From: the human T2T-CHM13v2.0 reference genome, Homo sapiens
Strand: one strand, 5' to 3'
NCBI RefSeq assembly: GCF_009914755.1
Contig: NC_060926.1
DNA length: 64,000 nt
Part shown: positions 1 to 12,964 of the stretch, piece after piece
How the letters are laid out: each line of letters opens with the position of its first letter
Numbering within the stretch: the first letter of the stretch is position 1
Translations under genes and position numbers: made by a program
The notes under the pieces: generated by a model
The model's input: only the letters and a program-made list of their open reading frames with translations
What the model was told of the DNA's origin: nothing
Databases searched by the model: none

Positions 1-66
1 TCCAGGGGCCAAGGACACACACAGGTTACACTCCAGCAGAGTCACATGGAGCGGCTGCTGGGTGGG

Positions 67-428
67 CGATATGGTTTGGCTGTGTCCCCACCCAAATCTC
101 ATCTTGAACTGTAGCTCCCATAATCCCCATGTGTCATGGGAAGGACCCAGTGAGAGGTAATTGAATCATGGGTGCAGGTTTTTCTCAGCCGTTCTCATGA
201 TAGTGAGTAAGTCTCACAAGATCTGATTGTTTTATAAAGGGCAGTTCCCCTGCACACACTCTCTTGCCTGCCACCATGTAAGAGGTGCCTTTGCTCATCC
301 TTTGCCTTCTGCCATGATTGTGAGGCCTCCCCAGCCATGTGGAACTGTGAGTCCAATCAACCTCTTTTTCTTTATAAATTACCAGTCTCTGGTATTTCTT
401 CATAGCAGTATGACAATGGACTAACACA
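67..428 (+). mobile_element. THE1C solo LTR (ERVL-MaLR)
   Basis: Starts (c)gatatggtttggctgtgtcccc and ends ggactaacaca; THE1C-type aaagggcagttcccctgcacac and ggtatttcttcatagcagtatga; perfect 5-bp TSD GTGGG at 62-66 and 429-433. Confidence 0.93.
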
Positions 429-559
429 GTGGGGCTTTCTTGATTAGAAAGGTAACCCAGGCAAACAAAAGAGTCTGTGGGTTACAGATGTAAAAAGGCA
501 GTTCACAGGTCAGAAATATTCACCAAACTAATGCTTAAAGAAAAAAGCACTGGAGCAAT

Positions 560-965
560 GAGTACATCCATTTTAGCTCATCATGTCACAGAGGTCAGTG
601 CATTTGGTAATTTTTACTGTTGGCAGGATGAGTAGGGACAGGTTGCTGGAGTACATGCACACTAGAGCACAATTTTTAGAGACCAAATACTTGCTGCTTT
701 TTGAAATGAGTATATAGCTTGACTCAGAAATTCCGCTTCTCAGAATTCATTCTACAGAATAAATTGGAGAATTCTCACAAGTGAAAAATATATGCATTTG
801 GAAGTTTACTGCTGTATTATTCATTTTTTTAAAAAAAATGGGAAAAATCTAAAGGGTCCTCATTTGATGGCATGTTAAATTACTTGAAGTATGTACATTA
901 AAGTCATGAAAAAAACAAGTGAATTCTTTATTTACTGACGTGGAAACAAGCACAAGGTACATTAT
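560..965 (+). mobile_element. Old L1 (L1ME-like) 3' fragment
   Basis: Degenerate L1 3'-region motifs such as tttgactcagaaattccgcttctcagaattcattctacaga; boundaries approximate. Confidence 0.5.
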
Positions 966-1499
966 AGATGAGCATACTGCACGATCCTATGCAGAATCCT
1001 TCCATTTGTGTTTTTTATTTTCAAAAATCTTTATGTTTGTGTGTGAGAGAGAGAGACAGAGAGAGAGCATTTGTGTTGAGAAAGACAGAGAGAATACACA
1101 ATTCACAGTCCACATTTATTTAACTAATTCCTCAGTGTTGGGCTTTGGGTTACTTTTTCACTTATCACTGTTTTAAATAACATTTTGGATATTTTCAAAA
1201 ATACATACATGGGTGTTTCTCTGGACGATGCATCCTAGTGGGTTCCCAGCTGATCTAAGGTTACAACCACTTGTAAGTCTCTGGGTGCACATTGACAAAT
1301 CGCCGTCCAGATCAACAGGACCATTTCACACTTTTCCTAGGTGTGTGTGAGAATGCCGTGACTTTTCCACCTCAAAATGTTGAATATTGTGACTAAACAG
1401 TAAAAACCTTTAATTGCAAGATGTCATCCTTTGAGTGGACTGGAACCACAGGTTACTGTTCTTGGTTTATGGCAGTGGGAATCTCCCTTTAAAAACATT

Positions 1500-2215
1500 A
1501 AACATCTTATTAAGGGATAACTGATATAGAATGAATAACACACATTCAAAGTGTATAATCTGATCAATTTTAACACATGTATACACTTGTGAAACCATTA
1601 CCACAATGAAGGCAGTGAACATGTTCACCTCCAATGCTCCCTTTTGCTCCATTTGTTAACCCTCTCTGCTGTTCCTCCTACTCTCTTTATCCCCAATCAA
1701 GTGCTGATCTGTCCTCAGTTAATATAGATGAATTTGCATTTCTTAAAGCTTGATATATGTGGAATGTTTTTGTTTGGCTTCTTTTATGCAGCATGCAGAG
1801 TTAGAGACATAGCCATGTTGTGTATGTCAGTAGGCCATTGCTTATCATTGCTGAGCAGTATTCCATGCTATGGATAGACCAAAATTTCAGTATCCATTTG
1901 GCTGTTCATGATACTTGGGTTGCTTCCAGTCTTGGTCTATTACAATTAACATTACCATGAAGATTCATGTTCAAGTCTTTGTATGAATATATTTTTCTAT
2001 CTCTTTGGAAAATATCTAGGAATTGAATGGCTAGATCACACATATAGTAAATATATGTTTAATTTTTTAAGAAACTGACAAGCTGTTTTCCAAGGTGGCT
2101 GCACCATTTTACATTCCCATCAGCAGTGAAAGGAAGTTCTAGTTCCTCCACACCCTCACCAACACGTGGTGTGGTTAATCTTTTTAATTTTACATATTCT
2201 AAGAAGTATGTACTT
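1500..2215 (-). mobile_element. L1MC/L1MD-type 3' fragment
   Basis: Antisense L1 3' motifs: catgtatacacttgtgaaaccattaccacaa, gttttccaaggtggctgcaccattttacattcccatcagcag. Confidence 0.75.
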
Positions 2216-2787
2216 ATTAGAATTGTAGCTTATGGAAAGTCTATTATTAATTCACATTCATAGTTGCTTGGGTGTCAATTGTTTATGAAAATGCAGAGTA
2301 TCAAACACTTTAGTGAAGTCATTTAAATATCTACTGTATTCCCTTTTGTCACAGAGTTTGGTAATCCTGTCAGAAAGAGCTCTGAAGTCTGTAGGGCATG
2401 TGTTTTATTAATTTTTTTAACTTGTTTTAGATAATGCCTTCAGTGTTATGCTACATCTTCCATTGTTCCATGAGTTGAATTATAAATTTTTTCTATTAAA
2501 TTTGTGATAAATAAACTTTCTAATAAATTTATGAGAAATATTGCAACATTTATAAACTTTATTAAAATATCAGAATGTATATGTAAACTTTATTGAAATA
2601 GATGGTATTATATGTGGAAAGATAACATTCGTGAGACTGACTTTTTATTTCAGGGAATTTGCAATGGATTGCGTGCACATTTGGAAAAAATGTTGCATAA
2701 TCAGATATTTTGAGTTTTATATTACAGGTGTCGGGGAGTTTAAAATTTATTTCTGCTTACTTATTGTTAGGTGCATACGATATACAG

Positions 2788-3168
<381 letters not shown>

Positions 3169-5002
3169 TAGCTGTATATGCACAAGCATGTGCACACGTG
3201 TGTTTAATAAAAGGGGGAGGCTCCCGGCAACCTAACAATGCTATATATTAGGTGCAAACACACAAGTGTGCATACAGAGTTTAATAAAAGGGGGATGCTC
3301 ACAGCTGAGGAGGGGAGGAGTGGGCTTTCCTAAGAAGACAGTCAGGAGCAGGCAGTGGCAGGGGTGGAGAAGGATGAGCCTAGGAGTCTAACCCAGTGCC
3401 ACCTGCTGAGCCACCCCCAGGAGTTCTCAGTCCAGGTATGTCTGATTGTAAGGTCTGTGCCTTACCCAGGCTGGGTAAGCCTGGGTACTTCTCTCACATA
3501 TTAAGAATATTCCACATTAGTCAACTCCTTAAGTATATTAATACAAACAGGACCAAAATAGTATTGATATTAATTGGATTGGCTGCTGAACAGCCTGTTT
3601 TTTGTGTAGTAAATGCATCCACATTAGCAAAATCAAGCTAACATAGATCATTGCTGGTATGTGGAGGTGAACAAGTGCCATCTTCATATCCAGGAAGGCG
3701 AAACCCTAGGGCTTTTCCCCATGCAAGCTATGGTTCCCGTACATTCCTTTGAGGGTTTTCAGAAATGGCTGCCAGCAATTCTGAAAATTAATGGATGATT
3801 TCAGCCCTGTGGGATAGACAAAATCTGTACATCTCCAGCATCTTCTAAGGATTTACTTGTTTCAAGTGACAGCCTTCCTCCCTACTTTCTTCTTGTAATT
3901 TTGTGAATGATACAAAGCGGGATGCTCCACACTGCTCAGAACCACGCAGGCTGGTGCTGCTCGGCCAGCTGACCTGTGGATGCTCACATTTTGGATGGGA
4001 ATGTCCTTTATGTCTGCATAGTACTTGGCAGCTCATGGTGCTTATGTATCCAGAACTGCCTTTGAGATGTGGTCACCCCACGAAGCAAGCAGGGCAGACA
4101 GCATCAAGAGTCCTCCGGTCTGGAAAATGGGTTCAGGGCAGTGAACTAAAAAAACTTTTGTTCTTCTCCCACCTGGTATCTTAAATGCAATGAGTTTCAC
4201 CCCACCACCCTTCCAAAAAAAGAAGTCTTTATTCCAGGAACAGGATGCTCAGTTCCCTGGATCTCTCCTCTCATGGCAGGGTGTGGAGACCTCTCAGAGC
4301 AGTCCTTGCACCAGCTCAGGTATGTTCATCTCCTGAGTGTGGTACCCAGAATGGGGGCTAATGACCGAGGGGTGGCCCCATCCATTCCGAGAAGAGAAGA
4401 GCCACCGTCTCCCCTTGCTCTGGAGCTGCCACACATCACAGCACCCTGGAATGCCCGCAGCCCTTTCAGCGGGTATTTTTTAATGGGATGAGGAGCGAGT
4501 TTGGGAGGGGCATGTGGGAAGACTTCATCTTTCTTTTAAATTTCAGGCTCAAGGACAAGGTGACCAAAAATCCTCTGGTCAGCAAGGGACAAGCCCAAAG
4601 ACAGGGGCTGGGTCTGTGTGCTGTGCTAGTTCCACTAGACGGGCTTCCAGCCTGCCCAGACTAATGCCACTGAGCCCCACTCCATTGCTCTCCTTGCCGC
4701 CTCTGCCTGACTTCCTAACATAGAAATTATTACATTGGTTCCTCCCCCAGGTGATTCCTAATCAAACCAGAGCCTTAGAAGCACCGACGTTTTAGAGCCA
4801 GCCTCTGTCGTCCCTGACTTGGCGGACTTTTGCTCTTTCATCTGAAGCGCGTCTTTCCTCTGGTGTATTTGCAAAAGTGCCCTTTGATTCCTTTTGTCTC
4901 ATTTTCTTTGAATGAATGTGCTGTGCATGCTCTTTGTACTGTTGGCAAAGGTGTGGCGAAGCGTGTGGGTCTGGGGGGGGAGGCAGAGCAGATGGGAGCA
5001 AA

Positions 5003-5440
5003 CAGGCAGGGGGGTCTCCTGTGTGTCTGTCTGTCTGTCTGTCCTTCCCGGGGGCAGGATGATCTCCTGTCTGTCTGTCTGTCTGTTCTTCTCTGAGCAG
5101 CTGTCTGCCTGTCCTTTCCGGGGGCAGGAGGGTCTCCTGTGTGTCTGTCTGTCTGTCCTTCCCGGGGGCAGGATGATCTCCTGTCTGTCTGTCTGTCTGT
5201 CTGTTCTTCTCTGAGCAGCTGTCTGCCTTTCCTTTCCGGGGGCAGGAGGCTCTCCTGTCTGTCTGTCTCTCCTTCCCTGAGCAGCTGTCTGTCTATCCTT
5301 CTCAGGGGCAGGAGGGTCTCCTGTCTGTCTGTCCTTCCCTGAGCAGCTGTCTGTCTATCCTTCTTGGGGACAGGAGGGTCTCCTGTCTGTCTGTCCTTCC
5401 CTGGTCAGGAGGCTCTCCTGTCTGTCTGTCCTTCCTGGGG
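5003..5440. repeat. GC-rich minisatellite with (TGTC)n-containing units
   Basis: About 8 units beginning ggggcagga(g/t)g.tctcctg followed by variable (tgtc)n; short and long unit types alternate. Confidence 0.9.
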
Positions 5441-5966
5441 CTATCTGAATCACACTCCTCCCACCAGCACTGGCCAGGCTCTGTTTTCATCAGCCATTTG
5501 TGTCTGCTATGTCAGCTGACGAAGGGTGCATAATGGATTTAAGTGTTAATTCCTCTATAGGTTATTTGCTTTTTTAAAACAATGACGACATTAAGGGCCT
5601 GTCTTTGTTATGCATGACTTTTGCATTTTTGAGAGAGGAGATGTGCATAGTGTCGCTTCTTCATTTTGCAATAACCCTGAGAGATTGGCATGATGCAGAC
5701 CATTTTGTGGATATGATAACCAAGGCCAAAGATTTTCAGTTAATTTTGAAAGGTTGCTCAGCTGTGCAGGCCCCAGGGTTCCATCGCAGCATTGCCATGC
5801 CCAGAGCTTACCCTTCAAGCACCTGGCTTTGAATCCTCAAATATCTGTAAAGCTTAAAAGAGTGACAGGTGAACTATAGCACTGCATCTATTCACAGGCA
5901 TTATTTACCACTTGCTGCTGGTCAGGCTGAGTGCTGTGGGATGAGGCTATGAGGTCTAGGATCTAG

Positions 5967-6150
5967 AGCAACGCCTCCCAAAGTGTGGGCCATGGAGCAA
6001 CCCCTCATAACAACCCAGTATCTTCATTTAAAATCCACATTCCCTAAATCTCTGAGATCTCCTGAATGAACATCTCTATTAATGGGGCCCAGAAATCTGT
6101 ATTGTTAACAAGTGCTCCAGGTGACTTCTGCGCAAACTAAAATTAAAAAT
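5967..6150. mobile_element. MER5A/MER5B (hAT-Charlie) fragment
   Basis: caaagtgtgggcc at one end and ggggccccagaaatctgtattgttaacaagtgctccaggtgacttctg near the other. Confidence 0.6.
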
Positions 6151-6521
6151 AAAAAACAAATACAAAAATTGTAGGAAGATATGGAGAGATTTACCAATTA
6201 TGGAACTGATAGTCTTAGACCTTGAGTATCCCTCACCTCCTTCATCTGGTTGGACTCATTCCCAGAGTTACAATATAACAGCTAAGATGGAACTGAGGGT
6301 GAAGTCCGAAAGAAGGAGTTGATTTAGGCTGAATTAGAGAAGAGCTTATTAAAAAGGAGGCTTAGGGCTGGGACCCAAAGAATACGGAAGGGTGCTAATG
6401 GAACAACCACCTGCCCGTCATGCTACACAACTGTGGGAGAAACTATGGGCCCACACACCAAGGGAATGCTTTCATTACAAAACATACTTTTCAGGTGGGA
6501 TAGCCTGCTGGTCCTCGGGGT

Positions 6522-6882
6522 GCCGAATAGACCTAGAATGACCAGAGAATTCTACTGTTGGAACGGGGTAGTTTGAGAGTGAAATGGGGATGCTAGTAAT
6601 GATTGCACCGGCCGAATAGACCCTAGAATGACCAGAGAATTCTACTGTTGGAGCTGGGGGTAGTTTGAGAGTGAAATGGGGATGCTAGTAATGATTGCAC
6701 TGGCCGAATAGACCTAGAATGACCAGGGAATTCTACTGTTGGAACTGGGGTAGTTTGAGAGTGAAATGGGGATGCTAGTAATGATTGCACTGGCTGAATA
6801 GACCTAGAATGACCAGAGAATTCTACTGTTGGAACTGGGTTAGTTTGAGAGTGAAATGGGGATGCTAGTAATGATTGCACCG
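6522..6882. repeat. Tandem repeat, 4 copies of ~90 bp
   Basis: Units start at 6522, 6611, 6703 and 6793 (89, 92, 90, 90 bp); near-identical gccgaatagacctagaatgaccagagaattctac...gattgcac. Confidence 0.97.
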
Positions 6883-6979
6883 GACTATAGGCTTTCTTCA
6901 GGACCATACCCAGCCAATTAGGAAATACAGTGTGTTCCATGATAGCCCTGGTTTCAGAAAAGCCAATTTGTTCCAACAG

Positions 6980-7083
6980 GATTGATATGTTAGGAAAGAG
7001 CTTTGGCCAAATGTGGATTTCATGTTTGCTTCTGCACGGACTCATCTGAAAGAAATACTGGGCGACCCAAAGAACCAAACCAG
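6980..7083 (+). other. Candidate non-coding internal exon (104 nt)
   Basis: Acceptor atttgttccaacag|G and donor CAG|GTAAGA; all three frames contain stops. Splice signals only, no transcript evidence. Confidence 0.3.
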
Positions 7084-9839
7084 GTAAGAGCTAGAAATGC
7101 ATAACACACCTCAAACACTACTGTTACCTCAGCTCCTCGCGGGGTGTGGGGCCACCCACAAACATCAGGCATTACTGTTTTCCCATCACTTCAGGGAACC
7201 TGCCTTCCACCACTCGCGACAACCCCCAAGCAGCAAACCCTCTCACAGCCACTTCCACAAGCTCATGGCAGGTCTTTCTCAAGGTAAAGAGCTGCATTTA
7301 TGGTAGGATTCTGATTCTTAACCATTTACATGTGGAAAGCTGTGCTGACATTTTTATTAGGTTCTTCTCTCTCTGTTTCTCTCTCTCTAAACGTGTCACT
7401 GATTAAGATTTTGAGTGTTTTGTCTTCAATCTCATACGCCCTGGGGTTTTTATTGCAGGATTTTGAATAGCAGGGTAATTTTCAGAAGCACATATGTTGT
7501 TTTCTAGTAAAACTCTCCCTGGAGTTTTACTAGACAGAACCTCTAGCCTCCTCACACCTCCAGTGTGCTTCCCCTTGAGGCTTGGGAGCAGAGACAATAG
7601 GAAAGGTCACCGTGTCTGTAAAACCTAAACATGAGCCTAGAGTTTCCTCAGGGTCAAAACGACCCTGCAGAAGAATGGACAAACACAGCGATTTGTTTCC
7701 CTCTTCCTTGCAGAGGAAGCTCATGGTGAGAATAATATAGGGCGTGCTGAAAGTAGGGGTGGCAAAAGACAGTGGGTCTGAACATTAGCAGATTTCTATT
7801 TTTAGTAGAGTCGGCTGTGCCCCTCCCAGCTCTCCTGGGAACGTTCCGCCAGGTTCCTCCTCAGCAGTGAGGGCTTAGGGGCCAGGTCTGTGTGATTATC
7901 ATGGCACCTCCTGTGTGCAGCACAGGGGCTGTGAGGCATAAGCGGACGATGGATATGTGAATGAATTCTTTCATTCAAGTGAATATTTGTTGAATCAAAC
8001 AAATCAGATCCACCAGTTGACAACAGGTGACAGGCACAGCTTCCCCGACCCCTGCCCTGTCCTCACCAAACTCCCAGGGTAAGGTTGTTTGCAGAGTGAG
8101 GTTTGCAGCCACCCGCCATAACTTGCCAAGTCTCCAGAAAGATGTTGTGAAGTGGAGACTGGCGGACACCACCCACAGTTAGGGTGCAGCTTAGAAGCCC
8201 CCAGGAAAACCAGCTGGAGTGGGTTTCCAGGGGCCACCTGGAAGCTGGGAGAAGAAGAAAAGCTAAACTTTTCTGCCTGCACTCAGGCCCCTCTTCCTCC
8301 CTCCTTTAAAAAAAAAAAAATGTTTAACTTCCCATCCTGGGCCCCTTCCTTTTCTTCTTTCTTCCTCTCTTTTTCCAGCTCTGGCTAGATTTTTTTAATC
8401 CTTTACAACATCCTCAAGAAAACTCACTGCCTTTACCTACTAGAATTTCCAGCGAATTGCCAATGAATCCGTTGATAGAAAAGTCCCAGTGCCAATTAGG
8501 AGAGTGGGAAGAAAGGAGCAGAGAGAGAGAAAGAGGAAAAGGGAAGGGGAAAACCCCCAGGTGCACGAGAGAAGAAAGAAAGGGTGAAAATCAATTGCCA
8601 GGCGTGACCACAGTACTGGGGACTTAGCAACACTTAAACATTTAATGTTTAGAGTCCTTCAAACATGTATGATTACCTGCAATCTATAGTAGAGGATATT
8701 TGAGCAGTAAAATATAAATAATTTACTTAAGATCATAAATATTGCACAGGGGACCCATCTAATCAGGTTGGATACCTTCCTCCTCAACCCATGCTCCGCT
8801 GCCTGGCAAGAGAGGGCCTGGGAAGATAGACAGGTGACCTCTGAGTGTAATAGCTTCTGTTCAGGGCTGAAGCCAGCCTGGTGCGCGTCCTGCACCATCC
8901 AGCCCGGTGGAGATGGACAGAATAGAGACTCGAGGTGCATGGGGCTGGACACCCCAGTTTCCTGGGACATGGTCTGTTTGACTCCTCCAGAGCCAAGTGA
9001 TCTCTGAGTACCTTCTGACATGTTCATCTCAGCTGTTCAGAAAACCACCACGACGATTCCACCATGGTCCCTCTTGGATGACAACAGCCCTTTCAGAAAC
9101 TCGATGTAATGTTTTAGATTTTGGTCTAAGCATGGACAGGAAATGTGTTGTGATCAGGCAAACACTTTCAGGGTGTGGGAAACTAAATCCAAAATGCCTG
9201 TGTCTCCCAAGCCAGCTCCTCATGCCTGACATTCTCATATTACAAATGGATGCCTTTGAGTTGAAGAGTTGCCTAGTGCAAATATCCTTGATCTGTAGCT
9301 ATTATTAACATACTAATTCAGCCAGAGTTATTCTGATATCTTTTCCGGGAGAATGACTTGCTGAGATGTAGCCTGAATAGGTGTGGAGACAGAAAGAGAA
9401 TTCAGAGGGGCAAAGTTTTAAGACCACTGAAGGGTGGGGAGGCAGGCTGATGCTCCAGTGGGTGAAAGTACAGGGCTTTGTATAAAGGGGGGACAAAGGG
9501 AGATGATCACAGAGCTGAGAAGAGGGAGAGGCTGTAAGTGGTCTTTAGAAAAGAGAGTTGCCTTTAGATCATTTAATAGTTGTCAAGTCCAAAGAAAGAG
9601 AGGATGCAGGCAGCAGAGAACAATTAATGATGCTTTCAAACCCTCAGTTTCACCACCCACCAGAGGCCCTGTCAGAAGGTTGTGGATTTGGGGGAAAGGA
9701 AAAATTATGTGTCCTCTGAGCTCTTGCCTGAGTTCTGGGTCCACAAAGCTCAGGAATCTGGGTCTGGAGTGCATCTAGGAAAGTCACTGGTCTGAGGCAT
9801 CGCCCTTCATCTCAACTCTTGTGAGGGGCATACGTTGAT

Positions 9840-10225
9840 CATTTCTGTAGTGTGTGATGGAAATGTCAGCATTATAATGACTAAACAAAGCAGAAGGTCG
9901 CATCCCCACAGAAAGCTCCCAGAACCAGGCAGTCCAGGGCTCCCTGGCATCCTTAGCACTGGAGTTCAAGCCTCCCCGCTGTGCTGCTGGGCCACAGTGC
10001 TGTGAGGGGTCCTGAACCTGCCCTTACCCATCCTATCCACATCCCAGAGCACAGGAGGAGAGGGGGAAAGAGGGGGCATCCCCAGTTTAGAAGAACATTT
10101 CCCAAGCATCAGACACAGCTCCCTTGCCTACATCTCCTTGGCCTGAACCTAGTCACTGGGACATACCTGAGCTGCAAACGTTACAGATGGAGGTCTTTCC
10201 ACCGAGGGGTGTTGTGCTTAGCTGA
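9840..10225 (-). mobile_element. Old MaLR LTR (MLT1J/K/L-like)
   Basis: Characteristic tacatctccttggcctgaacctagtcactgggacatacctgagctgcaa segment; highly diverged. Confidence 0.5.
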
Positions 10226-10920
10226 AATTTTACCTCTAGCAGGTTCATTTTAATTAAGAAAAAAAAATGGAGACCTTCTACAGGGAAACAACCAACATTC
10301 CCTGCAACAAAAGATGCTTTCTATGACCCTGAAGATCAGCAAATAGGCTACTAAATATATACATGCAATTTCCAGGCTTTGCGTTCAAGTTCTGCAATTA
10401 GCTAAAACATCTGTACAATATTCACCAGCGCAAGAAAACAGCCCAAAGAAATACCAAAGAGCAGAGGGTCCTGAACATTAAAGCCACTATATTTTGAGAG
10501 TTTACAATGAGAAACAATGTCGTGTCATCATGAGGTGGAGGAAACTGATGTCAGAAAAATACGTATTAGAATTCTAGCTCTGCCTCTTGATATTGAGTGA
10601 CTATGGGAAAGTTATTATCTATTTGGACACAAACCTGTCCCCAGCACCCAACAGTCCTGCATGTCTGTCTCCAGCAGTTCTCCTGTGTCATGGGAGATGG
10701 TGGATGCAGCCCCAAGCACTCTCTGGGGACAGCCTGGCCTGCGGGGAAGCATAGGAGGCTCCACAGCCTCCCCTGCTGAGCCCGTCTGTCTCAGAGGGAA
10801 GGGAGCACAGCTGCCACAAGACAAGAGTGATTGGGAGGCAAACCACTGCCCAGTCCAAATGCCCAGGAGGCGGCCTGGCACTCAGCAGAACCCAGGGGTG
10901 TCCCTGGGGGTGACAGGTAG

Positions 10921-11342
<422 letters not shown>

Positions 11343-11499
11343 TCAGTGAGAAGAGGTGGGAAGTGGGGCCTGCAGGACCCCAGAGCTCTCCTTGAAGGCA
11401 CTTTCACGTTGCCTGAGCTGGTCTAGTTGGAGAAGACAGAATAAATCAGTCCTGCCAGAGGATCGCAGTGTCCCTTCTCTGGGCCTTTCCCCTAGACCT

Positions 11500-11760
11500 G
11501 GAGTCTACTTCTGGCTGTAAGGAGCCCGAGCGCAGGTGGCCTCTGGTTGTGGGGAGGCCCCCACGGCCCCTCCGAGGTGGAGCACGGAGCTCGCCAGCGT
11601 CTTGGGAAGCTGCCGCAGGCGCTTCTTCCTTCTCGGCAGGAAGATGGCGCCCGGCTCTGCAGTGGCCCTGCCTCCCCTCGCCGTTAGATGTCTCTGCAAT
11701 CAGTCGAAGCCGTAGCCTGTCACCGGAGTGGGGGGCTGCTGCTTTTCTCCTCAGAAAGAG
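11500..11760. promoter_or_regulatory. CpG-retaining GC-rich element with YY1 motif
   Basis: Locally high CpG in non-repeat sequence; AAGATGGCG at 11641-11649. Confidence 0.35.
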
Positions 11761-12082
11761 AACACCGTTGCCACCCAAAGCAAATTAAAATTAAGTGCAA
11801 AGCTATTTCCGGGTCAGTTAAGCACAGCAGGTCACTAGCTTTCTCCATTGCTCTCAGAGCACAAAGCAAACATCTCTCAGCTTGCATGTTCTGGGACCCT
11901 TTGAATTGCTCGCTGAAGATGAAACACCTGGGTTTGTGTGTCTGTATTTTAAAAGTACTGCATAATGTAGTTCAGACCACAGATTGCAGCAAAGGAGGTA
12001 CTAAATATCTCAATGAAATCAATTTATAAATGACAAATATGAAAATCAGCCTCTACCTTAGTTGACATGGATTAATAAGTTG

Positions 12083-12460
12083 TTTGCTTCTCAAACTTTA
12101 ATGTGCACACAAATCTCCTGGGCCTCTTGTTAAAATGCAAATTCTGCTTCAGTAGAGGTAGGCAAAGGCTTGTGATTCCACATTTCTAACCGCCTCCTAG
12201 GTCAGGACTCCACGGACTGCCACCCACCCGAGGACCAGCCCCAGCTCCTAGCCTGTGTGTGTACACAGCAAGCTAAGAATGGCTTTTTATATTTTTAAAG
12301 GATTGAAAAAAAAAAAAAAAGGAGACCAAACAACAGAGGCCCTGTGTGGCCCAGAAAAGCTGAAATATTTATGATGTGGTCCTTCACAGGGAATGTCTTC
12401 TGACCTCTATCCCAGCAATGCCGGTGCTTGCTGTCCGTGGGCCACATCTGGAGCAGCGAA
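12083..12460. mobile_element. MER5A1, split by a MER58 insertion
   Basis: Left part cttctcaaactttaatgtgcacacaaatc...catttctaac; right part gtccgtgggccacatctggagcagc. Confidence 0.75.
12203..12409. mobile_element. MER58B-like hAT element, internally deleted
   Basis: gctaagaatggctttttatatttttaaagga and aatatttatgatgtggtccttcacag; degenerate 8-bp TSD tcctaggt/tcccagca. Confidence 0.7.
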
Positions 12461-12539
12461 CATTTAGGATCAGCTTTAAGCTACATTCTCTTTCATGCCC
12501 CAAACCAAGGAAACATCAAGTTGGAAAAAGATTATGTAG

Positions 12540-12891
<352 letters not shown>

Positions 12892-12964
12892 GATTATATA
12901 TTGAAAATGACTAGACGGGCACAAATACTATATATGTGTGGGTATGTGTGTGTACATACGCATG

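Noticed and set aside
326-338. PRDM9 hotspot motif in THE1
   Set aside because: Sequence is CCTCCCCAGCCAT, not the CCTCCCTAGCCAC form associated with strong hotspots.
6522-6882. CRISPR-like regularity of this and the other arrays
   Set aside because: Units are contiguous with no unique spacers, there are no cas genes, and the context is primate.
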